A stretch of DNA of 64,000 nt, taken from the NCBI RefSeq assembly GCF_006345805.1, contig NC_043012.1, positions 17,174,001 through 17,238,000 on the forward strand. The letters are read 5' to 3'. The notes beneath the pieces are model-generated. The model made no database searches. It had not been told where the DNA came from and worked only from the letters and a program-made list of their open reading frames with translations. The position numbers and the translations under genes are program-made. Below, piece after piece: positions 27,940-40,003 of this stretch. How positions within the stretch are numbered: position 1 is the first letter of the stretch; each line of letters begins with the position of its first letter. Origin of the DNA: Octopus sinensis. Its lineage: Eukaryota.

Positions 27940-28246
27940 AAGACCTGCCATACCCGCCGTACTCTCCTGATTTGGCACCAACGGATTTCCACCTCTTTCG
28001 ATCTCTTTCAAATGCTATGCGCGGAGTTTCGTTCAATACTGATGCAGAATTGAGAGCTTGGCTGGATCAACTTTTCGAGTCGAAATCGGGTGATTTCTAC
28101 CAACGGAGTATTGAAAATCTTGTTGAACGTTGGGAAGAAGTTGTAAACAAGGGCGAATACATTATTGATGAATTAGTTGTTATTTTTTATTAAACCTTTT
28201 AAAAAATTTAAATTAAAAAACGGCGGGAATTTAGTTGCCAACCCAA
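27940..28246 (+). mobile_element. mariner 3' end (transposase C-terminus plus right TIR)
   Basis: PYPPYSPDLAPTDFHLFRSL...RWEEVVNKGEYII, TIR gggaatttagttgccaacccaa, then TA. Confidence 0.9.
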
Positions 28247-28249
28247 TAA

Positions 28250-28307
<58 letters not shown>

Positions 28308-28480
28308 TGTGTGTTTGTGTGTGTTCGTGTAGGCTTTGAACCCGTGTGTTTATGTGCATATTTGTGTATGTTTGTACGTGTGTATATACGTGTGAGTATG
28401 TCTGTGTGTATGTGTGCGTGAATATTTGTGTGTGTGTATGTGTGTGTGAGTGTGTGTATGTGTGTGTGTGTGTGTGTGTG

Positions 28481-28511
<31 letters not shown>

Positions 28512-29396
28512 TGTCTGTTTGTAAAAACTTCCGACACCTTTAGTAAAATTTTCTTCAGCAAATATAATTAGACGACACACTACATATGTACCGAGGTTGT
28601 TATTTCACCCATCAGGCTAAAACTTTATATATCTCAAGTTACATCTTCAAAACGATGTAGAGCTTACCAGATAGTATATACATATATATATTAGTAAACG
28701 TTCCGTTCCGTACCAAACCAAATGTATATCTGACATATCTAAACAGTATAAAATTAAGTGAAACTTCGTGCAAGCTTGTTTGCCAATCAGCTTACTATAC
28801 GAATGCATATTGAATGTAAGCTCGGCAAAAACATACATCATACATCAGCTTATTATACAAAATGATATTTTGTATGATATATGATATGACCAGTACGTAG
28901 AACGGTTACATTTCTGTACAATATTCCGTAACAGTAATTCCTTTATCATGTATATATATTCTCCTTGCGGGTTAAAATCGTAACTGTCAGCATCCAACTC
29001 GGGTGTTGTGATTTATGACCGTTATTTATATTAATACCGCAATTTTAGTTTAAATCTTATACCGATAAGATTTTTATAAGAAACGAAATGCGAAGTATGT
29101 AATGTAGCTGTGTGTTCTGTGTGTAGCTTAAATTAACGCTGCTGAAACAAAAGCTGTTATCTATTATTCATCGCCAAAATATTTGTATATTCGTAGAAAC
29201 ACAGCCCCACACCCATACGCGCACATGCACATACATACACGTACGCAAACTCACCCCCCCCCCGCGCACACAGATAACGTGTATATATACATCTACATAC
29301 ATTTATATATATATATATGCTTAAAATGCGATACACCAGTTATGCACATATATGTAAGTACGTGTGCATGTAAACATGTATATATATATATATATA

Positions 29397-29470
<74 letters not shown>

Positions 29471-29509
29471 CATATATATTATATATATATATACATACAT
29501 ATATATACA

Positions 29510-29557
<48 letters not shown>

Positions 29558-29603
29558 ACCGGGACCTACATATATATATATATAATATATATATATATAT
29601 ATG

Positions 29604-29682
<79 letters not shown>

Positions 29683-30129
29683 TATATATATATACATATA
29701 TATGTAAACATACATATAACATATACATTTATCGCATGACACGCACACACACACACACACACACATACACACACACACACACACGCATACAGCGATGTGT
29801 GTACGTGTGTGTATGCATATATGTATAATTTTCCAATTTATTTATGTCTATATGCGTGGTGTGTATACGTCTTTGTGTGAGTTCTAAGAGCTAATTGTAA
29901 TTTATCACATTCTGTCGTGTTTCGATAGTCAACTTTGCGTTGCGTCGCAGCAGTTCCTCTGATTATATTCCTTGTTCAGTGTAGCTATTATTCCTTCGAA
30001 TTCTAAAATGAGATTTGGTTTACCAAAATGTCTAAATAGCCGAAAACAGAATAAAGGAATTAGGTATGTTAAAGCAGAAAAATAGAAATTACAAAGTAGC
30101 TGAGAATAATAACAATCATCATAATACTT

Positions 30130-30575
30130 TCTAATTTTGGACAAAGACCAGGAATTTTAAGAGGAGTCGTCGGTAGTTGATTACATCGACCCTAATACGC
30201 AAGTGGTACTTCTGCGAGCTGGCAGAAACGTTAGCACGCCAGATGAAATGCTTAGCGGTATTTCGTCTGTCGTTACGTTGTGAGTTCAAATTCCGCCGAG
30301 GTCGACTTTGCCTTTCATCCTTTCGGGGTAGATAAATTAAGTACCAGTTACGCACTGGGGTCGATGTAATCGACTTAATACCTATGTCCGTCCTTGTTTG
30401 TCCCCTCTGTGTTTAGCCCCTTGTGGGTAATAAAGAAATAGGTACTTCTTTTATCGACCCCGATAGGATAAAAGACAAAATTGATGGTATTTGAGCTTAT
30501 AACGTAAAGAGCCGGAAGAAGTGCCGACGCGCATTTTGTCCGGCGAACCAACAATTCTGCTAGCTCACCGACTTA
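30130..30575 (-). mobile_element. Old SINE family A copy split by a nested insertion
   Basis: Halves (...ttacatcgaccctaatacgcaagtggtacttct and ggtacttcttttatcgaccccgatagg...) rejoin into one family A sequence when 30214-30440 and one TSD copy are removed. Confidence 0.8.
30214..30440 (+). mobile_element. Young SINE family A copy with 9-bp TSD
   Basis: Near-identical to the reverse complement of 13986-14217. ggtacttct occurs at 30205-30213 and 30441-30449. Confidence 0.9.
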
Positions 30576-30979
30576 TTAGTCGTTTCAAATTTTAGCATAA
30601 GGTCGGAAAATGGGGAGCGGTAGTCGATGACATCGACCACCCTCCCTCAGTACTTGATGGGTATCTTATCGACCTTGAAAAAATGAAAGTCAAAGTCGAC
30701 CTCGGCTGCGTATATTACATTATATATTTCATATCCATGAGGCAACTGTAAGTTAATATTTTGTCGTGTTAGTTAAACACTTCAAATATTAATATTTATG
30801 TTATAAAAGTACTTGCTTCTGGAAGTCAAATTGTTGTTACATTGTATCTAATATCGAGTGTGTAAACCAAAAGGTATTACTGTGCCTTAGGGTAGTGGAG
30901 TGAAGTAAGTAGATTATTTTCTCTTCAAATTTGTTTGATAGTTAAGCGTTAGTGTAATAAGGGATTACCTTATAGAATA

Positions 30980-31489
30980 CTAGCAGTATCGCCCGGCGTT
31001 GCTCGGGTTTGTAAGGGAAATAACTTTATAAGCATTTTTAGAGAGTTACTTCCCTTATAGATGCCAATTCGGGCTTTCTTAGCCATTTCTGTTTTGGTGT
31101 CTTCAAGCCATGAAGTCGTTGTTCTAAAAGAACGCTGGTCTCCTTGACAACGCATTACGACGTTGATTTCTTTACACTCCCTTCCCCACAGCTTCACGAG
31201 GGAGGGAAGGGGGAGAAGCAAACAGGTGCAGGTGTGAGCGTGGACGCCAACTCCGCCGCCATCAACACACGAAAATTTATGCATTAAAATGGAATAAAAA
31301 ATGATGTTAAATTATTTTTAAAATCGTAGACTCATCGTTGACGCGCGCTAATAGCCAGACGGGCTCGATATTAATCACGACTATAAGATACCCGAATTTG
31401 GTTAAACTGCACCGCAAAATGTGGGAGGAGTTAGGAATCTAAATCGAAGGGGACAGACACTCACACAACTACAGTTTTATATATATAGA
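30980..31489 (-). mobile_element. Non-autonomous Helitron (longer variant)
   Basis: Same hairpin-CTAG 3' end and similar 5' end as 18173-18520, A|T target, with an extra ~200-bp internal segment. Confidence 0.85.
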
Positions 31490-32200
31490 TTTCTGTAGAG
31501 GAGAAGAAATTGGAAAATTTTCTGATAAGCTACGGGGGTAGTTTGCAGTTGACGTTACATTAATGCAAGAATTGTTCATTGGGACTTCTGGATGGTTTTC
31601 CATAATCTAGTTGTTAAAGCCAAATTCTATTGTAATAAATTTCTGAGTAATTACACCCAAGATGTGTAATCCTATATTATCGCTTACATCTGCACTGACA
31701 TATGACCCGAAACATACGACGTTTATATCAAAGCAATATGCTGGGTTAGATGTTTTGATCCAGGCGAAGTTCTCATCGAATTGTAGAGTTTTCTAACCTG
31801 AATCATTATATCTCTATAATCTGTTTGATTGCTGTACTTAGCAAATTACAGTGCACTGCTTAGTAGGGCTTTGAATTTAGAGAGATAATAATCATTAATG
31901 TCGAGTTGAATAAATCTAATGTTGTACTTACCGATACCACTGAATCATCTAATGAAATCATTATTATTATTCCACTGTCGTATGTTGGCGGTTTTCCTAA
32001 TATTATTGCTAATATCATTTAGAGTTTTCCTACAGTCTAGTCTTACCTTGGATTTATTTAGATTACTTAACATTTAAGATTAGATACAAAGCTTTTCTTA
32101 TAGTTCTTAATCAATATAAACGCTTGGTGCTTCCAGCTAAGATTTCCAGCCTGTTGTGTAGTTTAAGATCTTCTGCTGTGTTGTCCCTTTAGTCTTTATA

Positions 32201-32566
32201 CTAGCAGTATCGCCCGGCGTTGCTCGAGTTTGTAAGGGAAATAACTATGAAGCAAAAAATAGCAAAAAAAAGGGAAAAAAATTATGATAAATTTTGTTTT
32301 GAGAGTTAAAAAGGTTGAGTTGCGTCCCCTAGACAGTCTGTGGTTTGTGTTTCTGATTCTCGACCCCATGTCGAATTTATCGATTTTTTTTCAGAACTGG
32401 GGGAACTTTTCAAAATTTTCGCTGCGTTAGTTTTGAATTATGACATTGGGCTATGTGTGTGTCAAGTTTCATTAGAATCGGTTGAAAGCCGTGGTCAGTG
32501 TGAGGGTACAACCTGACAGCCACACAGACACACACAGAGACAAACTGCCGTTTATATATAGAGAGA
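32201..32566 (-). mobile_element. Non-autonomous Helitron with the same 3' end but a different 5' body
   Basis: ctagcagtatcgcccggcgttgctcg.gtttgtaagggaaataact shared with the other two copies; remainder unrelated. TC start and A|T target. Confidence 0.8.
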
Positions 32567-32667
32567 TTATCACAAATGTTACATCGAGAGTTAAAGTAGT
32601 TTTGCATACTGTTATTGTTCGTAGCCGATTAACAGTTACTAACAATCTATTTTCAGTTTTTAAGTAT

Positions 32668-33080
32668 GGAGTGGCTGTGTGGTAAGTAGCTTGCTAACCA
32701 ACCGCATGGTTCCAGGTTCAGTCCCACTGCGTGGCATCTTGGGCAAGTGTCTTCTGCTATAGCCCCGGGCCGACCAATGCCTTGTGAGTGGATTTGGTAG
32801 ACGGAAACTGAAAGAAGCCTGTCGTATATATGTATATATATATAAGTGTGTGTGTATATGTTTGTGTGTCTGTGTTTGTCCCCCTAGCATTGCTTGACAA
32901 CCGATGCTGGTGTGTTTATGTCCCCGTCACTTAGCGGTTCGGCAAAAAGAGACCGATAGAATAAGTACTGGGCTTACAAAGAATAAGTCCCGGGGTCGAG
33001 TTGCTCGATTAAAGGTGGTGCTCCAGCATGGCCGCAGTCAAATGACTGAAACAAGTAAAAGAGTAAAGAGTAAAAGAGTA
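32668..33080 (+). mobile_element. SINE family B, complete young copy
   Basis: A box (tggctgtgtggt), B box (ggttcagtccc), ttgggcaagtg core, internal (TA)/(TG) tract, 3' module ending ctgaaacaagt(aaaagagt)n. Confidence 0.9.
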
Positions 33081-33260
33081 TGTCTGAAGAAATATTGCTT
33101 CACTGGAAATCACAATTTGATTTATGTCGTCTTTAAATTTATTTTCGAAGGGATGTACTTAGAATTTTAATGTTCAGTAGCAAATGTATGAGATAATTCA
33201 CAGTGTCCAAGAGCTTAATCCTCAGTGGTCATTTTCGTCGTTTGGCACTATAATTGAGAG

Positions 33261-33653
33261 GAGGCGCAATGGCCCAGTGGTTAGGGCAGCGGACTCGCGG
33301 TCGTAGGATCGCGGTTTCGATTCCCAGACCGGGCGTTGTGAGTGTTTATTGAGCGAAAATACCTAAAGCTCCACAAGGCTCCGGCAGGGGATGGTGGTGA
33401 TCCCTGCTGTACTCTTTCACCACAACTTTCTCTCACTCTTACTTCCTGTTTCTGTTGTACCTGTATTTCAAAGGGTCGGCCTTGTCACTCTCTGTTTCCC
33501 ACTGAATATCCCCGAGAACTACGTTAAGGGTACACGTGTCTGTGGAGTGCTCAGCCACTTACACGTTAATTTCACGAGCAGGCTGTTCCGTTGATCGGAT
33601 CAAACGGAACCCTCATCGTCGTAACCGTATGTATTATTCCACATGTATTATTC
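33261..33653 (+). mobile_element. SINE family C, full length with 15-bp TSD
   Basis: tRNA-like head (tggcccagtggttag; gtttcgattccc). cactataattgagag occurs at 33246-33260 and 33654-33668. Confidence 0.93.
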
Positions 33654-34225
33654 CACTATAATTGAGAGACAATGTCTTTCAAGTCAGAGCTAAAAAAAAG
33701 ACTGGTCTCCACCGCAGGCGCTCAACCAAGTCTTCGTCCTTTTAAAAAACTTACTGATACAGTTTTCGGAATATTTTCGCTAGAGTAAGCCAAATAATAT
33801 AAATCCATTCACGGGAACGTTATCTTTTGGATATTGAAGGCGTTCAAGTACATTGAGTATTTAAATCTTCCTGGAACAATTGTTGCGCTATAATGTGTGA
33901 TGTGTTTATTATTACAAATCGTTGTGTCATTTAGTTCAGACAATAGCTTGGTATCTATTAACATTGTCAATCACAAATTGTTCTGTGCTGCGCGTATGTT
34001 GCATGCCTGTCAGTGCATTGTGACAGTAAATAATAGGGAAAATATAAAATTGTAGCAATCGATACAACCGTTTATAATAATGAATCTGTATATGTAAAAA
34101 CAATTTGAGCAAATATTGCGAATAGGTCGCAGAAGATTTCGCTTTTTGTTCTATTTAAGGCTTTATATACATTTGAGGCTTACAGCTATCATGAAAGATA
34201 GAGTCTAAAAAAAAAAATAATGATA

Positions 34226-34386
34226 GGCGCAGGAGTGGCTCGGTGGTAAGAAGCTTGCTTACCAACCACATGCTTCCGGGTTCAGTCCCACTGCATGGCA
34301 CGTTGGGCGAGTGTCTTCTACTATAGCCTCAGGCTGACCAAAGCCATGTGAGTGAATATGGTAGACCGAAACTGAAAAAGCCCGTT
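34226..34386 (+). mobile_element. SINE family B, 5' half
   Basis: ggcgcaggagtggctcggtggtaagaagcttgcttacc...gaaactgaaaaagcccg followed by (TA)n. Confidence 0.85.
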
Positions 34387-34403
34387 ATATATATATATAT
34401 ATA

Positions 34404-34941
34404 TATCAAAATAAGCCACAGGCTATCCAGAGGTGATGCAGTACGATCGTTTCAAGAGACCCCATTGAATCAAACAACGCAATCATTACATCAATTTAAA
34501 TGTAGAGCTCTCCTCAGCTGCATAAATAGATAAATAGAATTAATTTAATCAGTCAGATACATTTGCATAATTTTACTTAAACCCTCTAAGAGGGTAAGAT
34601 AAAAAAAATATATATATATGTATATATAGGTTTGGTTGACGGGTTAAGTAAAGCAATTGAGATTCCGATGAATTAGGTACTCAAGTTGAGGCACCAAAAT
34701 TTGGCTTCTAAGCTGAAGTGAATAAAACATGGATTTTGTCTGTCTTCTGACCCTCTTAGAGGGTTTAAGTAAAATTATGCAAATGTATCTGACTGATTAA
34801 ATTAATTCTATTTATTTATTTATGCAGCTGAGGAGAGCTCTACATTTAAATTGATGTAATGATTGCGTTGTTTGATTCAATTGAGTCTCTTGAAACGATC
34901 GTACTGCATCACATCTGGATAGCCTGTTACTTATTTTGATA
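34404..34941. repeat. Long inverted repeat (192-bp arms, 154-bp spacer)
   Basis: 34404-34595 versus reverse complement of 34750-34941; about 6 substitutions counted by eye. Confidence 0.94.
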
Positions 34942-35069
34942 AATACATATACATATACATATACATATATATATATATAATATATATATATATAAATATA
35001 TAATGGGCTTTTTCAGTTTCTCTCTACCATATCCACTCACAAGGATTATATATATATATATATATATAT

Positions 35070-35460
35070 AAAATACAAAATGGGACAAGAACGCAAAACA
35101 TTCGGACAGTTAGGTGATACAAAAATGGGACAACAAAATATCCAGATAGACGATACAAAGAAAACAAGGACGGGTCATTCGAAGTTTTCTTTCCTCAGTC
35201 AAGTACTAGATTATCTTCGCAATTTCGGCTGATTATACTTGAGATTGCTTCAATCTGGCCAGCCCTAACGAAAACCTAAGCTAAGAGCATTAGATTCCTT
35301 GGAAGAAAGCAGCGAATGTATACAAAAATAAGGACGGAAAAAAACGGACGATATTACACAAATACAATAAAAACAATAACAGGACAACAGGTGTCTTTCG
35401 ACTAAGGAAGAATTAAATTAAGCTGGCATGTGTGGAAGTGAAGCGTTACGGCAGGGATAC
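35070..35460. repeat. Interspersed repeat family E
   Basis: Diverged homolog of 8391-8760. Confidence 0.7.
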
Positions 35461-35811
35461 AAGATCCACACACACATTGACATATACATATAAAGAGAAG
35501 TGTTTGCGAATGTGTGTGTGTGTGTGGTTTGCTTACTTTCCCATTCAGCAGTGTCACATATGTACCGCATTAAAAAGGCAGAATAATGATTTTAGAAACA
35601 AGGCATAAGAGTGGTTGTTACTGATGTAATCCCGTCCAGCACTTGAATACTATTTACTTGATAGGAAAAAGATGGAAAATGAACTTAACAGTTACTCCAA
35701 AGGAGAATATTCACGGCCGTAAATGAACTGCGAGATTCAATCCTGATATGCACCGAACAGAGCAGCACACATGTAGCCCTGCATGCATATACATATATAA
35801 ATTTATGCCTC

Positions 35812-35817
35812 TGTCTG

Positions 35818-35891
<74 letters not shown>

Positions 35892-35896
35892 CATCC

Positions 35897-35968
<72 letters not shown>

Positions 35969-36067
35969 GTCTGTCTGTCTCTCTCTCTCTCTGTCAGTGT
36001 GTCTGTGTGTCTGTCTCTGTCTCTGTCTCTGTCTGTCTGTCTCTCTCTCTCTATCTATCTATCTATC

Positions 36068-36101
<34 letters not shown>

Positions 36102-36250
36102 CATCCACCCATCTATCTATCTATCTATCTACTATCTATCTATCTATCTGTCTCTGTCTCTCTGTCTGTCTGTCTATCTGTCTGTCTGTCTCTCTCTCTC
36201 TCTGTCAGTGTGTCTGTGTGTCTGTCTCTGTCTCTGTCTCTGTCTCTCTG

Positions 36251-36349
<99 letters not shown>

Positions 36350-36350
36350 A
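35812..36350. repeat. Compound (ATCT)/(GTCT)/(CT) microsatellite with ~211-bp internal duplication
   Basis: Variant block ctgtcagtgtgtctgtgtgtctgtctctg recurs at 35991 and 36202. Confidence 0.8.
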
Positions 36351-37423
36351 CGGTGGTCGCTACTGTTGTTGCCAGTGTTGCATGGAAATTTTCGAGATCT
36401 TTCAATAGGGGGTAAAAAAAAATCCTTATGATCAAATTCGATGAATTAAGACTAAGATGTACCCACAAGTCCCGAAAGAAAACCCTAAATTACAAGGCGG
36501 TATAATGATCTTACTTGGAGTATTATGGCTGAAAGTTGATGTTGATATCATGTTAATTTAATCATACAAAATTAAGTCAATTTGAAGTGAATAGCTACTA
36601 CCATATCTTAGTAACACTCACTATGTTAATTCTTAATTGGGAAATTTTCGCCGATTTTTATATTTAATACATTATAGGTGATTGAATATATTAATTGTAA
36701 ACAAACCACAGTAATTACAATTTTATATATAATAATTAGCAATAAATATGTTAGTAAATTAAATTAATAACTTTAATAATAATAGCTCTGACAATTTCAT
36801 AATTAATTACTAATTAGATCTTGAATTAATTTTTATATGCTTATAATAACGAAATTTATGTAGGATAACGTATTTGAGTATTTGCCAATATACTAATTCT
36901 TCTTTCATTTTTCTTCACTTTATTACTTTGAGAACCAGTTTCCTTAGCCGTGATTATTATGTAACAAAAAAACACACTTTTATTCCTTGATATGGTTGCG
37001 CTTATGTTTATCATGGATGAACCAAATCGCGTTACAATCCAATTCCTTATTCCCGTTTAAGTATAAATATAAGCGAAATAAGAGAAACAGAGATTAAAGA
37101 GCGAGGCACATCTGCACCGAATATTGCACCACAGCTAATTGTACAGAGTCTCACCCACGAGAGACCGACGCACTATGGGTCGAAACGATCGTAATTATTG
37201 ATAAAACAATCTAGTGAATTCCATTTTCTCTTCCTGACACGAAGGAATTTCTGAAGTAAACCAGTAACATTAGGTAGCCAAATACAATGAACGTGCTTTA
37301 AAGGACACTATCAACTGTATACCCAAATTTAAAACTATTACTTATAGATTCATGTATATATGAATATATATATATATATATATATACATATATATACATA
37401 TATATATATATATATGTGTGTGT

Positions 37424-37463
<40 letters not shown>

Positions 37464-37487
37464 TGTGTGTGTGTGAGTGTGTGTCTT

Positions 37488-37790
37488 TTACCTTTTATTT
37501 TTTTACTTGTTTCAGCTGTGACCATGCTGGGGCACCGCCTTGAACAATTTGGTTTAGTCGAATGAAAAGACTCCAGTACTAATTTTCTTGTTAAACCTGG
37601 TACTTATTCTACCAGTCTGTTTGGCCGAACGGGGACGTAAACAAACCAAGACTGGTTGTTAAGCGACGGTAGGGACAAACAACGAAAAAAAAAGACATGC
37701 ACACACAGAAACGCACAAATATACATACACACACATGTAATATATGTATATAGATACATACGACGGGCTTCTTTCAATTTCCTTGGAGAG
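37488..37790 (-). mobile_element. SINE family B, 5'-truncated, abutting a family F 3' tail (37791-37895)
   Basis: Reverse complement of the family B 3' module, microsatellite and gaaagaagcccgtcg. The adjacent ggctggcatgtatgggcgactgctg...cttgtgcctcggaggg matches the tail of 51222-51525. Confidence 0.7.
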
Positions 37791-37912
37791 GAGAGGCTGG
37801 CATGTATGGGCGACTGCTGACCTTCCATAACCAACCTTGACGAGACTTGTGCCTCGGAGGGTAACTTTCTAGCTACAACCCCATGGTCATTCATATATAT
37901 ATATATATATAA

Positions 37913-38114
37913 AGTTAATCCAAACATGAAAACACAAAGAGAAAACACAACAACGCGAGGACGTGGACCAAATATAGTACTTTTGGACGCTCAGGAAGGA
38001 AGGGAAGAAGAAGGGTTTAACGTTTCGAGCGGAGCTCTTCGTCAGAAACATAGGAAAAGGAAAGATCCAGAGAAGGGAAGAGGGAGGAAAAAATCGCCAA
38101 CGGTACACACGCGG

Positions 38115-38120
<6 letters not shown>
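37913..38120 (-). mobile_element. Non-autonomous Penelope-like repeat end
   Basis: Carries the ctgacgaag...cgaaacgt motif typical of Penelope termini. No coding capacity. Confidence 0.55.
38015..38049 (-). ncRNA. Minimal type I hammerhead ribozyme motif
   Basis: Minus strand reads GUUU-CUGACGA-A-GAGC-UCC-GCUC-GAA-ACGU-U-AAAC: stem I GUUU/AAAC, catalytic core, stem II GAGC/GCUC and palindromic ACGU stem III. Confidence 0.7.
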
Positions 38121-38161
<41 letters not shown>

Positions 38162-38162
<1 letters not shown>

Positions 38163-38910
38163 CAGTTCATCCCATAAGTTCTGTCCGAATTTTGAATAAA
38201 GAAAACAAGCGATCAAATGTTATATTTAATTGAAATTTAATCATCAATGTAATTTCCCTGATTATCTATGACTTCCTTCCATCTATTTATAAGCTTCTTA
38301 ATCCCATCAATGTAAAACTCTTTTGGTTTCAAAGCGAAGAACTCTAAAATGTCAGTTTCGACCTCCTCCTGGCTTGCGAAATTTATGTCCCCCAAATGAT
38401 CCTGTAAACTCGAAACAAATGGTAGTCTCAAGGAGCAACGTTGGGAGAATAAGGTGACTGAAGAATTTTTTCCCAACCAAGCTCTTCGATCTTCTGTGAT
38501 GTGATCTTTGCAGTGTGGGGTCGCGCACTGTCCTGATAAAACATCACTCCTTTTCGATTCACTAAAGCAGGTCTTTTTTTCTTCAAAGCTTGGTTTAAAC
38601 GCTCTAATTGCCTACAGTAGATTTGAGCATTGATTGTTGCATTAGGTGGTAACAATTCAAAGTGAATTACTCCTTTGAAATTCCGCCAGATAGAGAGAAG
38701 AACCTTTTTTCCATGAAGTTCCCTTCTAGGTTGTGGAAGATGACGATGAACAGTTGTATGGTTTGAATTAAGCTTTATTGCCAATTCTTCAACTGATAAT
38801 GCAGGATTTTCTTCAAGTAATGCCTCAAAGATCTTATCATCAAACTCAAATGGACGTCCTGTTCGATCTTCATCTTCAAGGCTGAAATCTCCACTTCTGA
38901 ATTCTGCGTC
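38162..38910 (-). mobile_element. mariner transposon remnant (5'-truncated, internally deleted)
   Basis: FRSGDFSLEDEDRTGRP, HTTVHRHL, KKVLLSIW, FYQDSARPH, PYSPNVAP and RWKEVIDNQGNYIDD. The segment with the first catalytic D is deleted. TIR-like end after TA at 38160-61. Confidence 0.9.
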
Positions 38911-40003
38911 TTGTCCTTACCTTCGAATAACGGAGTAGGCAGAACAGGGACAACTGAAGAAGGGGAATATTCCTTGTGTTGTATGTCTTGTACTCGGTTT
39001 TTTTCGTTGTTTGAAAGTAGTTCGTTTCTATGCTTTTGTTGTTATGTTTTCGTTTCTCATTCTCTTCAACGTTTTTTTTATGTCCTGTACCCATATATGC
39101 ATGTATATATACATATGTATGTAGGTATGTGCATATATGTATATATGCATATATTTATATATTATTTATATTATTATATGATCGAACGCCACGCATCCTT
39201 TTCCAAGTAAGTTTTATCTTAATAATTATGATGCGCACTTTTCTCCTTTACTATTTCTTCTCTGTCTATCTCTCGCCTTCTCTTGTTCTTCATCCATTCT
39301 GGTTTTCTCTCCCACCCTTCCCTATTCTTCTCCTCTCCCCTTCACCGTTACCTCTTTCTTACTCCTCCTCCTCCTCGACTCTCTCGTCACTGATACGGGA
39401 TCACAGCCATCTTTCCGACTGCTATCTTCACCAGGACCAGACCAGCTTAACCTATCTCTTTCATAAGCTGTTTCCTTAAGCGTTCAGAATACGTTTACCA
39501 CCGTCTTGGCTTAACAGCTCTCATCGTTGGTTTTTACTGTTTTGTTCTTATTGTTCTGTCTTTTACCGTTTTTAATTTTTTATTGTTTTTACTGTTTTGT
39601 TCTTATTGTCCTGTTTTGTTACCACTTTTACCCCTCCGCAAAAAAATCCCAAATTTTATTCAATTTGCTTTGCGGGAAGGACTGTTTCAACGAAGTCGCG
39701 TTTTGTCCTTACCTTCGGAACGCGGAGTAGCTGAAACAGGGACACCTGAAGAAGGGGAATATTCCTTGTGTTGTATGTCTGTTTTTTTCGTTCTTTCAAA
39801 AAAAGTTTGTGTCTATGTTTTTGTCTATATGTTTTTGTTTCTCATTGTGTTTATCGTTTTTTTATGTCCTGTACCCATATATGCATGTTTATATACATAT
39901 ATATGTAGGTATGTACATATATGTATATAAATATATACATATATTTATATATCATTTATATTATTATATGATCGAACGCCACGTATCCATTTCCAAGTAA
40001 GTT

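Noticed and set aside
33261-33335. tRNA genes at SINE heads (also 61675-61748, 32668, 30214)
   Set aside because: They have A/B boxes but no complete cloverleaf or acceptor stem, and they continue into repeat bodies with TSDs.
35748-36431. Long LSIY/LSVC ORFs (also 57271-58308, 345 aa)
   Set aside because: Pure (ATCT)/(GTCT) microsatellite with no domain content.
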